From: Mobula hypostoma | Taxonomy: Eukaryota | Assembly (NCBI RefSeq): GCF_963921235.1 | Contig: NC_086097.1 | Coordinates: 48,672,001 to 48,736,000 of the forward strand | Direction: 5' to 3' | Length of the DNA stretch: 64,000 bases | Shown here: positions 12,869-25,424 of the stretch, in pieces | How the letters are laid out: the number at the start of each line of letters is the position of its first letter | Numbering within the stretch: position 1 is the first letter of the stretch | Made by a program: the position numbers and the translations under genes | Notes under the pieces: model-generated | What the model saw: only the letters and a program-made list of their open reading frames with translations | Told to the model about the DNA's origin: nothing | The model's database searches: none

Positions 12869-15224
12869 TTTAGAGCAGCTTTTCATTAAGCCTACTAGGG
12901 GATCAGCTATACTGGATTGGGTGTTACGTAATAAACCAGAGGCGATTAGGGAGCTTAAGGTTAAAGAACCCTTAGGAGGCAGTGATCACAATATGATTGA
13001 GTACAAATTGTAATTTGATAGGGAGAAAGTAAAATCTGACATAGCAATATTTCAGTGGAGTAAAGGAAATTACAATGGTATGGTATGAGTTGTCCAAATT
13101 AAATTGGAAGGGAATGCTGACAGGGATGACAGCAGAGCAGCAGTGATGTGAGTTTCTGGGAAAAATGAGGAAGGTGCAGGATAAATGTATTCCAAAAACA
13201 AAGGAACACTCATATGGCAAAATAGTACAACCATGGCTGACAAGGAAAGTCAAAGCTAATGAAAAGCATGAGAGGGCAGACAACAAAGCAAAAATTAGTG
13301 GTAATCAGAGGATTGGGAAGCTTTTAAAAACTTACAGATAGCAACTAAAAGAATCATTAGGAGGGAAAAGATGAAATATGAAAGCAAGCTGGCAAACAAT
13401 ATCAAAGCGGATAGTAAAAGTTTTTTCAAATATGTAAAATATAAAAGAGAGATGACAGTGGATATCGGACACTAGAAAATGAGGCTGGAGAAATAATAAC
13501 GGGGGCCAAGGAGATGGCAGATGAACTAAATGAGTATTTCGCATTAGTCTTCGCTGCAGAAGACACTAGCAGTGTGCCAGATGTTGAAGGGTGTGAGGGA
13601 AGAGAAATAAGTGCAGTTATTATTACAAGGGAGAAAGTGCTCAAAAAGCTGGAAGACCTAAGGGTACATAAGTCACCGGACCAGATAAACTGCACCCTAG
13701 GGTTCTGAAAGGGGTAGCAGTGGAGATTGTGGAGGTATTAGTAATAATCTTATAAAAATCATTGGACTCTGGCATGGTGCCAGAGGACTGGAAAATTGCA
13801 TATGTCATTCTATTCTTTAAGAAAGGAGGGAAACAGCAGAAAGGAAATTATAGACCAGTTAGCCTGACCTCAGTGGTTGGGAAGATTTTGGAGTCAAGTT
13901 TTAAGGATGAGGTTATGGAGTACTTAGTGACACAGGACAAGATGGGACAAAGTCAGCATGGTTTCCTTAAGGGAAAATCTTGCCTGATGAATCTGTTGGA
14001 GATTACAAGTAGGATAGATAAAGGTGATGCAGTGGATGCTGTATATTTGGACTTACAGAGGCCTTTGACAAGGTGCCACAAATGAGGCTGCTTACCAGTT
14101 TAGGAGCCCATGGTATTACAGGAAGGTTACAAACATGGTTAGAGCATTGGCTGATTGGTAGGAGGCAGCAGGTGGGAATAAAAGGAACCTTTTCTGGTTG
14201 GCTGCCAGTAACCAGTGGTATTCCACAGGGGTCAGTGTTGGGACTGCTTCTTTTTAAGCTGTATATCAATATTTAGATGATGGAATAGATGCCTCTGTTG
14301 CCAAAGATTGAAGATTGGTGAGTGGCAGGTAGTGTTGAGGAAACAGGTAGGCGCAGAAGGACATAAACAAATGAGGAGAAAGGGCAAAAAAGTGGTAAAT
14401 GAAATACAAAGTTGGAAAATGCATGGTCATGCACTTTGGTAGAAGAAATAAATGTGCAGGCTATTTTCAAAATAGGGAGAAAATACAAAAATCTGAGATG
14501 CAAAGGGACTAAAGAGTCCTTGTGCAGAACACACTAAAGGTTAACTTACAGGTAGAGTCGGTGGTGAGGAAGGCAAGGCAGTGTTAGGATTCATTTTAAG
14601 AGGTTTAGAATACAAGAGCAGGTATGTGATGCTGAGGCTTTATAAGGCACTGGTGAGGCCTCACCTTGAGTATTGTGAACTGTTCTGGGTTCCTTATCTA
14701 AGAAAAGATGTACTGGCATTGGAGCGGGTCCAGAGGAGGTTCATAAGGATGACTCGTGGAATGAAAGGGTTATCATACGAGGGAAGTTTGATGGCTCTGG
14801 GTCTGCACTCGCAGGGATTTAGAAGAATGAGGAGGGATCTCATTAAAACCTTTCAAATATTGAATGGCCTAGACAGATTAGATGTGGAAAGGATGTTTCC
14901 CATGGTGGGGGGAGTCTAGGACAAGAGGGCACAGCCTCAGGATAGAGGAGCGTTCATTTAAAACAGAAATGCAGAGAAATTTCTTTAGCCAGAGGGTGGA
15001 GAATTTGTGGAATTTATTACCCCAGGCAGCTGTGGAGGCCAGATCGTTGGGTGTATTTAAGGCAGAGCTTGATAGGTTTTTGATTGGACACAGCATCAAA
15101 GGTTATGGGGAGAGGTGTGGGGAGTGGGGCCAAGGAGGGAAAAATAATGATCAGCCATACTTAAATGGTGGAGCAGACTTGATGGGCTAAATGGCCTAAT
15201 TCTACTCCCACATCTTATCGTCTT
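12869..15224 (+). mobile_element. 5'-truncated CR1 LINE with disrupted RT
   Basis: ORFs 13514-13708, 13762-14085 (NYRPVSLTSVVGK, SQHGF), 14073-14276 (GIPQGSVLG), 14581-14919 (RPHLEYC), 14882-15190; tail AAATGGCCTAATTCT. Confidence 0.93.
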
Positions 15225-15317
15225 AATTTAACTAATCAAAAAACACATGGAATTAATGCAACCAAGCTGGATTAGTACAGATAGGCATGATCATCAGCTT
15301 GAATGCAGTGAATCAAA

Positions 15318-15672
15318 GGAACACACTTAACATGCTGGAGGAATTCTGCAGGTCAGGCAGTGTCTATGGAAATGAATAAACAGCCAAAGGTTTTGGGCCG
15401 AGACCCTTCTTCAGGATTGGAGAGGAAGGGGGAAGACACCAGAATAAAAAGGTGGGGGGAGGGTAAGGAGGATAGCTAGAAGGTGATAAGTAAAGTCAAG
15501 TGGGTAGGAAAGATAAAGGGCTGGAGAGGAAGAGACCTGATAGGAGAGGAGAGTGGACCATACATTGATGAGACCTGTCGTAAATTGATGGACTGCTTTG
15601 TCAAGCACCTCTGTTCCATTCACCAAAAGTGGAACTTCCCGATGTCCAAACATTTTAATTTCAATTCCAACT
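15318..15672. mobile_element. Penelope-like fragment: minus-strand terminal repeat joined to plus-strand GIY-YIG piece
   Basis: Minus strand 15381-15420 reads CAATC-CTGAAGA-AGGGTCTCGGCCC-AAAAC. Plus strand encodes YIDETCRKLMDCFVKHL..FPMSKHFN. Confidence 0.75.
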
Positions 15673-16308
15673 CTAAGATGGGCATTGGCTATGGAGAGAC
15701 AGAGCACAAAGCAAAGGCTTTTTAAACAAGCTTAATCTGAAGATCCAGGACATAGGCGCAACACATGTGGATATGTGTCTGGTGATGCCGTCTGTGAACT
15801 GGGCTGCTTGAATGCAGCACTGAATAAAACAAACACAAGGAAATGGAAGACAGACAGGAATGACTGAAGAGAAATGACAGAAGCTACAATGATAGAAGCA
15901 GATTGAAGAATATGGAAAGTTAAGGCAAGAACAAGATTATTTGTTTGTATTGGAATTATGGTGGTATTTTTAACTATTGCCTAGACACACCATAAAGAGC
16001 AGGGAACTACAGTATGAGAGTCTTATAAAATCACAGTACTGAGGGATAGCATTCAAGCCACAGTGGCTCTCTGGCTCTTTGAATGAACTATCTGGTTGGG
16101 CCCAAACCTTGCCCTTTTATCCATTACCTTCAGTTTATTAGCAACATATTGTGAAATGTTTTTCTGTCTAAAATGTTCCCCCAATCATTCCCTCTTTTAT
16201 ATTTAAACATCTGTGACCTACCCTGTTGATGACATCAGACAGTGGAGTATCAGGGCTCCTCTTGTTACATTACTAGATCAATGAATAGAAATAGCATTCA
16301 GAAAAATA

Positions 16309-16830
16309 CACTCAGTGACCACTGTATTAGGTACACCTGCTCGTTAATGAAAATATCGAATCAGCCAATCATGTGGCAGCAACTTAATGCATAAAAGCAT
16401 GCAGACACGGTCAAGAAGTCCAATTGCTATTCAGATCAAACATCAGAATGGGGAAGAAATTTGATCTAAATAACTTTGATCATGAATACTGGTGCCAGAT
16501 GGGATGGTTTGAGTAGCTCAGAAAATGCTAAGCTTGTGGGATTTTCATACACAACAGTCTCTGGAGTTTACAGAGAATGATGTAAAAACAAATAGCATCC
16601 AGTGAGCGGCAGTTCTGTGGGCAAAATTGTCTTGTGACTGAGAGAGTTCAGAGGAGAATGGCTAGACTGGTTCAAGCTGACAGGAAGGTGACAGTAACTC
16701 AAATAACCATGTATTACAACAGTGGTGTGCAGAAGAGCATTTCTGATACACAACATGTTGAACCTTGAAGTGGATGGGCTACAGCAACAGAAGACCTCAA
16801 ACAGGTACCTAATAAAGTGGCCACTGAGTG
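16309..16830 (+). mobile_element. Internally deleted Tc1-family DNA transposon
   Basis: About 26-bp TIRs CACTCAGTG(A/G)CCACT(G/T)TATTAGGTAC and a 5' TA. Decayed transposase N-terminus MGKK.DL..FD...GFS.TTVS.VYRE...RRMARLVQADRK.TVTQIT. Confidence 0.92.
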
Positions 16831-18097
16831 CATATGCTTTACTGCCATGAGAGTTTGCTGTTGATTCTCAGTTTTAAGAGCGATGCATTGACATACCTTT
16901 GCATAAATGAATTTATAATCTCTTCTTTCTTTGGAATTACACAGTCAAGACAAAACTAAGAACCTGGCAATTAGATTAACCTACTAGACCATCTTCAGCC
17001 AGTTATCCAAGCTGTGTGTAAAGTGAGTTGTGGAAATCAGTTGTAAACTCAAGGAAAAATAGCACAAAAGAGCTACAGGTGTACGCAATAATTCTAACAA
17101 TCATAAACGTTTCAACAGAATTCCAACAAGAATGTTGCCAGAAAAAGCACTGGTGTGCACAGCACTGGAGGAGATTCATGCCCGTATAAAAGGTTTCTTG
17201 ACATTTCTAGTCACCACAGTATATTGATCAGTTTCATATGAATAGCCCCAATTCACAACTGCACAGATGCCATTCTGTTAATTGTTCACCTAATATCCCT
17301 GCTAGATTACTAAATACTGCTTCTGCAGTGTGCAGCTGTTGTGGGTTCTACCCTGGTACTTTTGGTACAGCTTTACACAGCTTTGCTTCCTTAGCACCAC
17401 ACTTATCTGGGAGAGAGAGATATAGTGTAGAACAGAAAGAGATATGGATGCAGCTGGCAGCAGAGAGATGAAGGATTGTATGGTGTCAGTCCCTGAGGTG
17501 GTTCTCTACACCTCTGCCAGCAGAATTGACCTTTACAGTCAATGAGTTACCTGATTGACAATAGGAGCTTTGCTCTACACAAATGAAGCTGAGTTACAGG
17601 AGTGCCCCTGAAGTTTCACCTGCCGTTGACAGATGTACCAGAAAATACAATGGCAGCATGACTGGCTTTGCTTAAACCATCAATGTCCTCTACTAAATCA
17701 AGGCAAAACCTTGCTGATGTTGGGGACCTGAAGGTCAGGCAGCACTTGCAGACAAAGAACAAGTCTTACCATTTCTGTTCTTTTGAAGGATGAAACATTA
17801 TAATAACAGGAATGTTAATTCATATCATTTTGCCCTGACAGTTTGAAAAGTACTAGCAGCTAAGACTATTTACTTCAATGTACTGTTTACATCTCCTGTA
17901 CATTGTTAGCTGGTTCAGAGTAGTTCATTTGATGATTCAAGTGGACAAATACTTATAAAGAAGATAAGAAATTGGAGCAGGAATAGTCCTCTCAGCTCCT
18001 TGACCTTTCTCCAGCGTTCAATAAAATTGTGGTTGGCTCCACCAGAACTCCACTTTCCCATTCAATCCCATTTCCCTTGGATGCCTTTGTGTCCAAG

Positions 18098-18362
18098 CGG
18101 GCAGCATGGTAGTGTAGCATAACACTATTACAGCAGGAGCGACCTAGGTTCAATTCCTGCCGCTGTCTGTAAGGAGTTTGTACGTTCTCACCGTTACCGC
18201 GTGGGTTTCCTCTGAGTGCTCCAGTTTCCTCCCTTATTCCAGGGACATATGGGATAGTAGGTGACCTGGTCAGAAGGCTGTGATTGAGTGGTGCACGTTC
18301 AATGGACTGGTAGGGCTTGCTGTGGTGCTGCTTCTCTAAATAAAAATAATAAATAAATAAAA
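18098..18362 (+). mobile_element. tRNA-derived V-SINE (HE1-like)
   Basis: B box GGTTCAATTCC, V-domain GGAGTTTGTACGTTCTC..CGCGTGGGTTTCCTC.GAGTGCTCCAGTTTCCTCC, A-rich tail. Confidence 0.85.
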
Positions 18363-18779
18363 CTGATTGACAATGTGGTGATACTTATTGCCAAGAATAC
18401 ATAATGGTGGTAGTTGTGTCAGCCCCACTTCACACACTGACTGATAGGACGCTTGGCTTACTCTGAGTGCTCTGGTAGGCTGTGGATATAACATGGCAAA
18501 TTCTTCAGCCACCTCGCAACCAGTGCATTGTCCCACAAATATGTATACCCCCATCAGAGGCCACATTAAAATTAACTTTAGTACCCAGAAAGTGAGTGCT
18601 GTGGAGCCAGATTCCATGGCAAAAATCAGTTATCAAAATATGTAACTTTTCCTCACCATTACCTGAACTAGTTTACAATAAGTGCCTGGTTGTTAAATTT
18701 CTGTGATTCATGTGCAGTGACATTCACTTGGCTTTATAAGAGGTGGTAGTATTCAAGCCCTGTCACAACTGTCAAGCAT

Positions 18780-19189
18780 CCTTTGTTGATTCGAGTTTAG
18801 TTCAAAATTGCCACCATCCATGAGATGACTTTCCAGAGATCATACCTGAACCTCTTGTAGCTTTCTTGGTCACCAGACTTGAATGTTTCTAATTTGGCCC
18901 TCTGCAGTTTGTAGATCTTCTGGTTGGAGAAGGCTCTGAATGATTTTGTGGGACTCACTAACCTACAACTGTTTTTATAAAGTTCATGATAACAATGGTG
19001 TATTCTTTCAGATCCACAGATGAGTCCTTGAAAATGGCCCGGTCCACTCCTCAATGCAATCCGAGAAGATTCCGGGAAGCAAACCCATACTCGGATGGTC
19101 TCGATGCAAAGAGACTTCAAGACAGGGCGTGATCTGATGTTTGACTGCATTTTGCCATTTAAAGCATTCACTAATCACCAATTAAAGCA
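18780..19189 (-). mobile_element. Rex1/Babar LINE ORF2 fragment
   Basis: ORF 18797-19171: PTKSFRAFSNQK...FKSGDQESYKRFRYDLWKVIS. Confidence 0.65.
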
Positions 19190-19738
19190 TCGCGGAAGAT
19201 TGAGATGTCGAGGCGAATGTGGAATTGAATGAAAGTTTCAGCGCCAACTGCCTGCCTTTTGATCACTGCCAGAGATGGAGTCTGCGAGAGGCCTATCGCT
19301 GTGTGGCTCACTGTGGCAGATGGGTTGGCCTCTCTGCCTCATATGGTGTCCCTCTCTTTTGGTGAATGTCGGTGATATTGGAGGATGATATCGTTTTTAT
19401 ATTCTGAGTTTTTTTATCATCCATTCCTTTTTGTTTCTTGTGTGAGGGGAGGGTGATTGAGCATTGGTGTTCTGTTAGTTATTTGTGTGGGGGAGGGGAT
19501 GTCTGAGGGTCAATGTTCCTGTTGCCTTTTGTGAGGGATGAGGGTGGTTTTGGACAGTTGATTATCAGGATGCCATTTTTTTGTATGAGGTGGGGTGGGG
19601 TGGGGTTTGATGTTTCTCCCTCAACGACTTTCTTATTTTTTCTTTGTTTCGTGGCTATCTGGAGAATACAAATTTTAGAGTTGTACATGGACACATGCTT
19701 TGATAATAAATGAACCTTTGAGCATTTGAACCATTGAA
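19190..19738 (+). mobile_element. Non-autonomous retroposon (family of 6952-7752 and 41370-42189)
   Basis: T/G-rich body ending TTTGATAATAAATGAACCTTTGAGCATTTGAACCATTGAA. Confidence 0.6.
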
Positions 19739-19744
19739 TTCTCC

Positions 19745-19952
19745 CTTTTGAAAACTTCATCTTTGGGATGTAACTATCCTGCACCTTCTGAATTGTTCCC
19801 AGAAACTCCAGCCATTCCTGCCTCTGCCATCATTCCCTCTAGTATCCCATTTCAATCAACTTTAGCCAGCTCTTCTCTCATGCCTCTGTAAACCCCTTTA
19901 CTCGACTGTAATACTGACATATCTGACTTTAGCTTCTCCCTCCTCAAACTGC
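19745..19952 (-). mobile_element. CR1 fragment
   Basis: Reverse complement resembles 13010-13200. Confidence 0.7.
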
Positions 19953-19956
19953 AGAA

Positions 19957-22204
19957 CACCAGTCCGAGTCCAATGCCTACGCTTCGCAATTTCACTCCCC
20001 AGCCTTAGGGCCATGACCAGCCCAGTCTCTTGATCAAGATCCATTCAAATCTATGCAGATCAACGGCACTACGCTCTCCCCCGATGAGAGGTCCAAGCAA
20101 AATCATTGCCTGTGCCAGTCATTGTAAGGGGGTATGTTTATGGCATGCTATTCCGACCCCCAGATTCTCCCAACAACCAACAAGGTGGCGGCCTGAGGTA
20201 ACCTACCAAGTCTCAGGCAATCAGAAACTGGCTACAACCATCCATTGTCAAACAAGTGCAACAATTCCTAGGGTTTGCAAACTTTTACTGGAAGTTCATC
20301 CAGAACTTCACCTTGGTGGCAGCTCTGCTGATGGCGTTAACTAAGAAATCCATGGGTCCTTCTATCTGGACTACCAAAGCGGAGGCTTAAACAGCAGTTC
20401 ACATCAGCTCCCATTTGGTTTCTCCTAACTCAGACCTTCCTTTCATCATACAGGTGGATGCCCCAGGCATCAGGGTGGTTGCAGTATTGTCTCAACAATC
20501 ACCTTCAGTAAACTACACTTGTGAGCATTCTTCGCTAGGCGGCTATCCTCGACAAAAAGAACCGATGACATTGGGAATCAGGAGCTTCTTGCGGTTAAGC
20601 GGAGTTTGAAGGAATGGTGTCACTGGCTAGAGGGGGCCAAGGGCCCTGTTATCATTTGGACAGACCACTAGAACCAGGCTTATAGTCAGGAGGCTAAGAT
20701 ACTGAATTCCAGGCAAGCCAGGTGGGTTTTGTTCTTTAACCATTTTAATTTCATCCTGACATATTGAATGGGGTCAAAAAAAAACAGAAGCCAGGTGCCT
20801 TTTCCCATCGGTTTAATGAACCAGAATGAGAGGAGCAACATACTACCATTTTGTCCCAAGCCAAGGTGGTAGTGCCAATTCATTGGGGAATTGACGCTCT
20901 TGTCTCCAAGCACAAAAGGGGGCTCCTAAGAACTGTCCTCGGGGTTGGCTGTTCATCCCAAGTTCTGGCTGGTCTCAGGTACTCCAAAGCGAATATTCAT
21001 CAAGAATGCCTGCTCACCCAGGGATTGCCAGGACCCTTGCGTTTATCAAGAGAAGGTATTGGTGGCACAGAACGATGAAAGAGGTTCAGCAGTACGTGTG
21101 AGCATGTAAGCTGTGTGCCTGGAACAAGGAGCCCCATACCCGACTGCGAGAGGACCTCCGCATACCTTTTGCGGAAAGACCATGGACACATGTCTCCGTG
21201 GACCTTGTCAGGGATCTTCCACCATCTAAAGGGAATCAATCTGTTTTTGAAAGCCTGCAAATTCATTGCCTTGGACAAGCTACCATCTGCAGTGGAGGTG
21301 GCTGAAATTGTCCAAGACCAGTTCTTCAGGATCCACGGATTCCTGGTAAATATTGTCTCACATCGTGGTCCACAATTCACATCATATTTCTGGGGGGTGC
21401 TCTGTAAGCTGATTGGGACAAGAGTAACCTTTCCTCTGGGTTTCACTTGCAGTCCAATGGCCAGGTGGAGCGGACCAACCAAGAAGTGGAATGAACCCTA
21501 AGATGCCTGGCCTCAGAGAGACCTGGGGAGTGGTGCGAACATTTGATGTGAGCAGAGATCGCCCTCAATACCTTACAGCATTCAGCCCACAGGATGTCAC
21601 TGTTTGAAATCCAATTTGGTTATCCTTCACCTCTTTTTCCAGAACAGGAAGCCGAGGTTGTTGTTCCTGCAGCCGAAGATCTCGTCCAACGCTATAAGCA
21701 GAAATGGATAAGGGCAAGAGAGCTTTTTCTGGCTTCTATCTGGAATACGGAAGCCATGGAAAACTGAAGGAGAAGATAGGGCAGCAGGTCTGTTGTCCAC
21801 TCATAATTTGCATCTTCGTGTGGAGTCTAGAAAGTTGGTGCCCAAGTTCAAAGTCCTGAGGAAAGTAAACCTGGTGGCTTACACCTTGAAACTCCCCAAA
21901 ATCCTAAAGATCAATTCCACCTTCCACATCTCTAAATTAAAACCAGTCAGTATCAGCCCCTTAGCCCCACCACCATCGACCCCACCGCATCCAGGTTTTT
22001 GTTGGGGATCAGGTCTTCACTTTTAGACTCACAAACTATACAGGGTGCTTGGCAATACCTCATGAACTGGAAAGGATTTGGACCTGAGGAAAAGTACTGG
22101 GTGCCCGAAAGAGACATCTTGGATCCAGTTCTCATCAATGACCACCATCACCATTTCCCTGAGTAGCCAAGGCCATCAGGAGTCAGCCATAGGGGAGGGG
22201 GTCC
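19957..22204 (+). mobile_element. Decayed chromodomain-bearing Ty3/Gypsy element (RT end, RNase H, integrase, chromodomain, PPT)
   Basis: [83 protein letters not shown] (22023-22136), polypurine tract AGGGGAGGGGG at 22191-22201. Confidence 0.9.
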
Positions 22205-22480
22205 TGTTACTAGATGCTCCCAGCTGTGCCAGCTTCCAGGGTTTAGATGCTCTAACTCTCCACAGTATGGGTAGCTGGGACAGCCCCTTTAAAGGTTCAG
22301 GATCATCCAGCTAATTGGCAATCACGTTTTGGGGCCATGAATTAAGTATTTAAAGAGCACCTGAATGAAGCCTCAGTGTTCAATTATCTAGCATTTCGTT
22401 TTTACTCAAATGTTGTGCCAGCTTTATACCATGTCTCAATCCTTGCCTTTGGATATTCCAGCATATGGGTCCTAACCATC
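22205..22480 (+). repeat. Probable 3' LTR of the preceding Gypsy element (end uncertain)
   Basis: TGTTA begins 3 nt after the PPT; TATTTAAA TATA-like box at about 22347. Confidence 0.55.
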
Positions 22481-22649
22481 CTTGTCAAGGCCTCTCATCA
22501 TACTTGCACTATCATCGGCCTGTCCTTCCTCACAATCTCACTACACACAGTATCTACTTGTATATCAACTGTCCCATCCTCAGCCCTATCAGTCCAGTTC
22601 CCAACCTCCTCCAAATTATTTTAAACCATCACCAACAACTCAAGCAAAC

Positions 22650-23120
22650 TTGATATTGCCCCTTCCTCAGTTTCAGAAAGGATTACTTTTATTGGAAGGA
22701 TAAGTAAACCAATATCAGCATCCTCTCCCATACCAATATTATTGGCTCTAATACATTATCGGGAAGGCTACATCATTTACTAGGCCAATACCAGACTTCC
22801 AAAACCAACATTCTTTTCTGAGTTCCTGTCACAGAAGGAAAGAGGAAAACTTTCAAGAATGTTTTCAAAGCCTGCTTGAAAAGTAAATGCAAAAATGTGC
22901 AAATACTTCACCGATTCTTGGGAATCTTCAGCTTGGAGAAGCAGCATTTATGATGGCACTGAGAACCTCAAGTCCACCAACAGAAGGAGAGACCTATCCC
23001 ACAAACTAGACACTTGCTGGCTTCAATTGCAGAAGAGTCTGTGATTCTCACATTCATCTTCAAGTCAACTGAAGGGGAAGTATAATCCTCAGTCCTGAAG
23101 AATTGCTCAAGAAGAGGAAA
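22650..23120 (+). mobile_element. Degraded RTE/BovB-like LINE 3' fragment
   Basis: RLPK..FFSE...RKTFKNVFKACLK-like remnants followed by an AAGAAG-type tail. Confidence 0.5.
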
Positions 23121-24332
23121 AGTACTCGCAGTGCAGCAAACTCTGAATCACGACTATTGACGATCTCCTCCTCACTTTTAATTTTCAGTCCACTAAAATG
23201 CAGCACTAACTTCAACTTTACAAAGAAGATTTAAAAATCTTTCCCATGGTTCAAAAGAAGTTAAAGAAGAAATTAATTTTTATTGGCATTAATGAGTGCT
23301 ATGTTCTGAACACTGACAGGGGAGAAACAAATGATGTATTAAAATAACTATCTCAGCTGTGTAATGAGAAAGTAAACAGCCAAAAGCTTCTACTATCACA
23401 TTCATTTATTTACTTTATCTGATAAATTGACCATTGCTGATAACTGACTTTAACTTTAGTTTTACAAGTGCAAGAGAGAAAAAAAACTCACTTTACCTTC
23501 ACGGTTTCTTACTTTACTCCTCTGATGCCTAAATTCAGGTGTTTATTTTCTTAAAAGACAAAATCTAAAAAGAAATGTGGTTTGTTTATTTATAAAGCAT
23601 CATTTTGATGGCTGAAATGACACTTTGATGGGTGAAACTGAAACCAACTGGAAAGTCCTTTGTCACCTAATGTGAAGGAAATGATATATATTACCAATAT
23701 CAAATAACTTAAGCCCTCAATAGTTGTTTAGTAAGTAGAACACTTGGTGAGCAGGTTGAAACATCACTCAGGTAAAAAATACAGGAAGAAAGAACCAAAG
23801 GCAACATGTTTCAAAGTATCTTACAGCCATTGAAGTCCTTCTGAATTGTGGATACTCCTGTAGTATGGAAACACAACAGCAAGGCACACCACAACGAAGT
23901 GGTCAAGACCACATGATCTGTTTAATGAAGTTAGTTAAGGGACTTCATGGTGGAGGAAACTGATAAACAGTGCAGCCTGGGTAATTGGACTATCCATGGG
24001 TAGAATTTTTGGGGTTGTTGTGTTAGACTCCAGAGGCACTGAGGGCAGCATAATAAAATGTGCAAAGCTGGGGATGAAATAAGCAAGGAGTGAATGGAGC
24101 AGTCATTTCACATGTCAATTTGAATTTATTTTAAAGTCACTGAGAATTCTCTCTGGGGCTCAAAATGTCCTTTATGGTGGGAACAGCAATCTTGACAGGC
24201 TGCTCGTCAAGGGGAGGAAGAGAAGATTAATGTATGGGGCAACCATTAGAACATAGAACAATTCAGGCCCTTCAGCCCACTATGTCTGTTCTAGCCATGA
24301 TGCCAAATTAAGGTAATCATAGTTGTTGTTCT

Positions 24333-25140
24333 TATTCTATATGCTCCCATTAGGTCAGAATATTTCAAAACACAAGGTGATTTACCACAGCTATGTAGAT
24401 GACACACAACTGTACTCGGGGATTATAGCAGATGACCCTAAGGCTCTAAGCCCCGTGTTCTAGTGTCTTACTGGCATTATGTAATGCATGAGTTCAAATT
24501 TCCTTAAACTAAATAAGGGAAAGACAGAGATTTTGATTATTGGTAACAATAAAAAAGTGTGAACCTTAGAAATAAACTTGATTATCTGGCCTTTCAAATC
24601 AAGCCAGAAGTAAAGAACTGAGGCATTATTAATGACTTTGAGCTAAACTTCAAATCACATACTAAGCATGTTATTACAACTGCATTCTTTCATTTAAGCA
24701 ACATTGCAAGAGTTCAATTTCTTATTACATCTCAAGATGTAGAAAAACTTATACACTTTTTTTTTGTTTTTAGTCAATTAGACTACTGTAATGCACTCTG
24801 GGACTGCCTAAGATAGATATAAATCGGCTGAAGCTTGTTCAAAATGCAGTAGCAAGAATCTTAATCAAAACAAGAAAATCTGACCACATTTCACCAGTTT
24901 TGGCACCATTACACTAGCTGCCTGTGTCCTTTAGGATCAATTTTAAAATACTCTTATTTCTATATAATGCTCTGAGTAATCTAGCTCCTCTATACATTTT
25001 GGAGTGTCTATCCCCTTACATCCCTAAATGTAATCTTAGATCCGCAAATACATGTTTGTTAGGACTAACTATACTGGTGATGCAACCTTTTGCTCTTATG
25101 CACCAAAAATCTGAAGGACTCAGCCATCTGAGATACACCT
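24333..25140 (+). mobile_element. L2-clade LINE RT fragment
   Basis: YHSYVDDTQLY, FLKLNKGKTEILII, LDYCNAL, VQNAVARIL, DHISPVLAPLH*LPVSFRINFKILL. Confidence 0.88.
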
Positions 25141-25424
25141 ACTTATAGGATAATTACTGCCTATTGATGTTGCTTACATTTATATAAATTGGTATATTTG
25201 ATTACATTTTATTCTACATAATGTTCTCACCATTCAGCCTCTAATACTCCAGAGAAACTAATTTAAGTTTGCCTTATCTCTCCTTATTGCTGATCCTCTC
25301 TAATCCAGTCAGCAAACTGGCAAAACCCTTCTGCGTGATGTGGTAATCAGAACTTCACTAGATACTCTAAATGTAGCTGAAAAAAATTGCAACGTGTCTT
25401 CACTATTTTTATACTCATTGCCCT

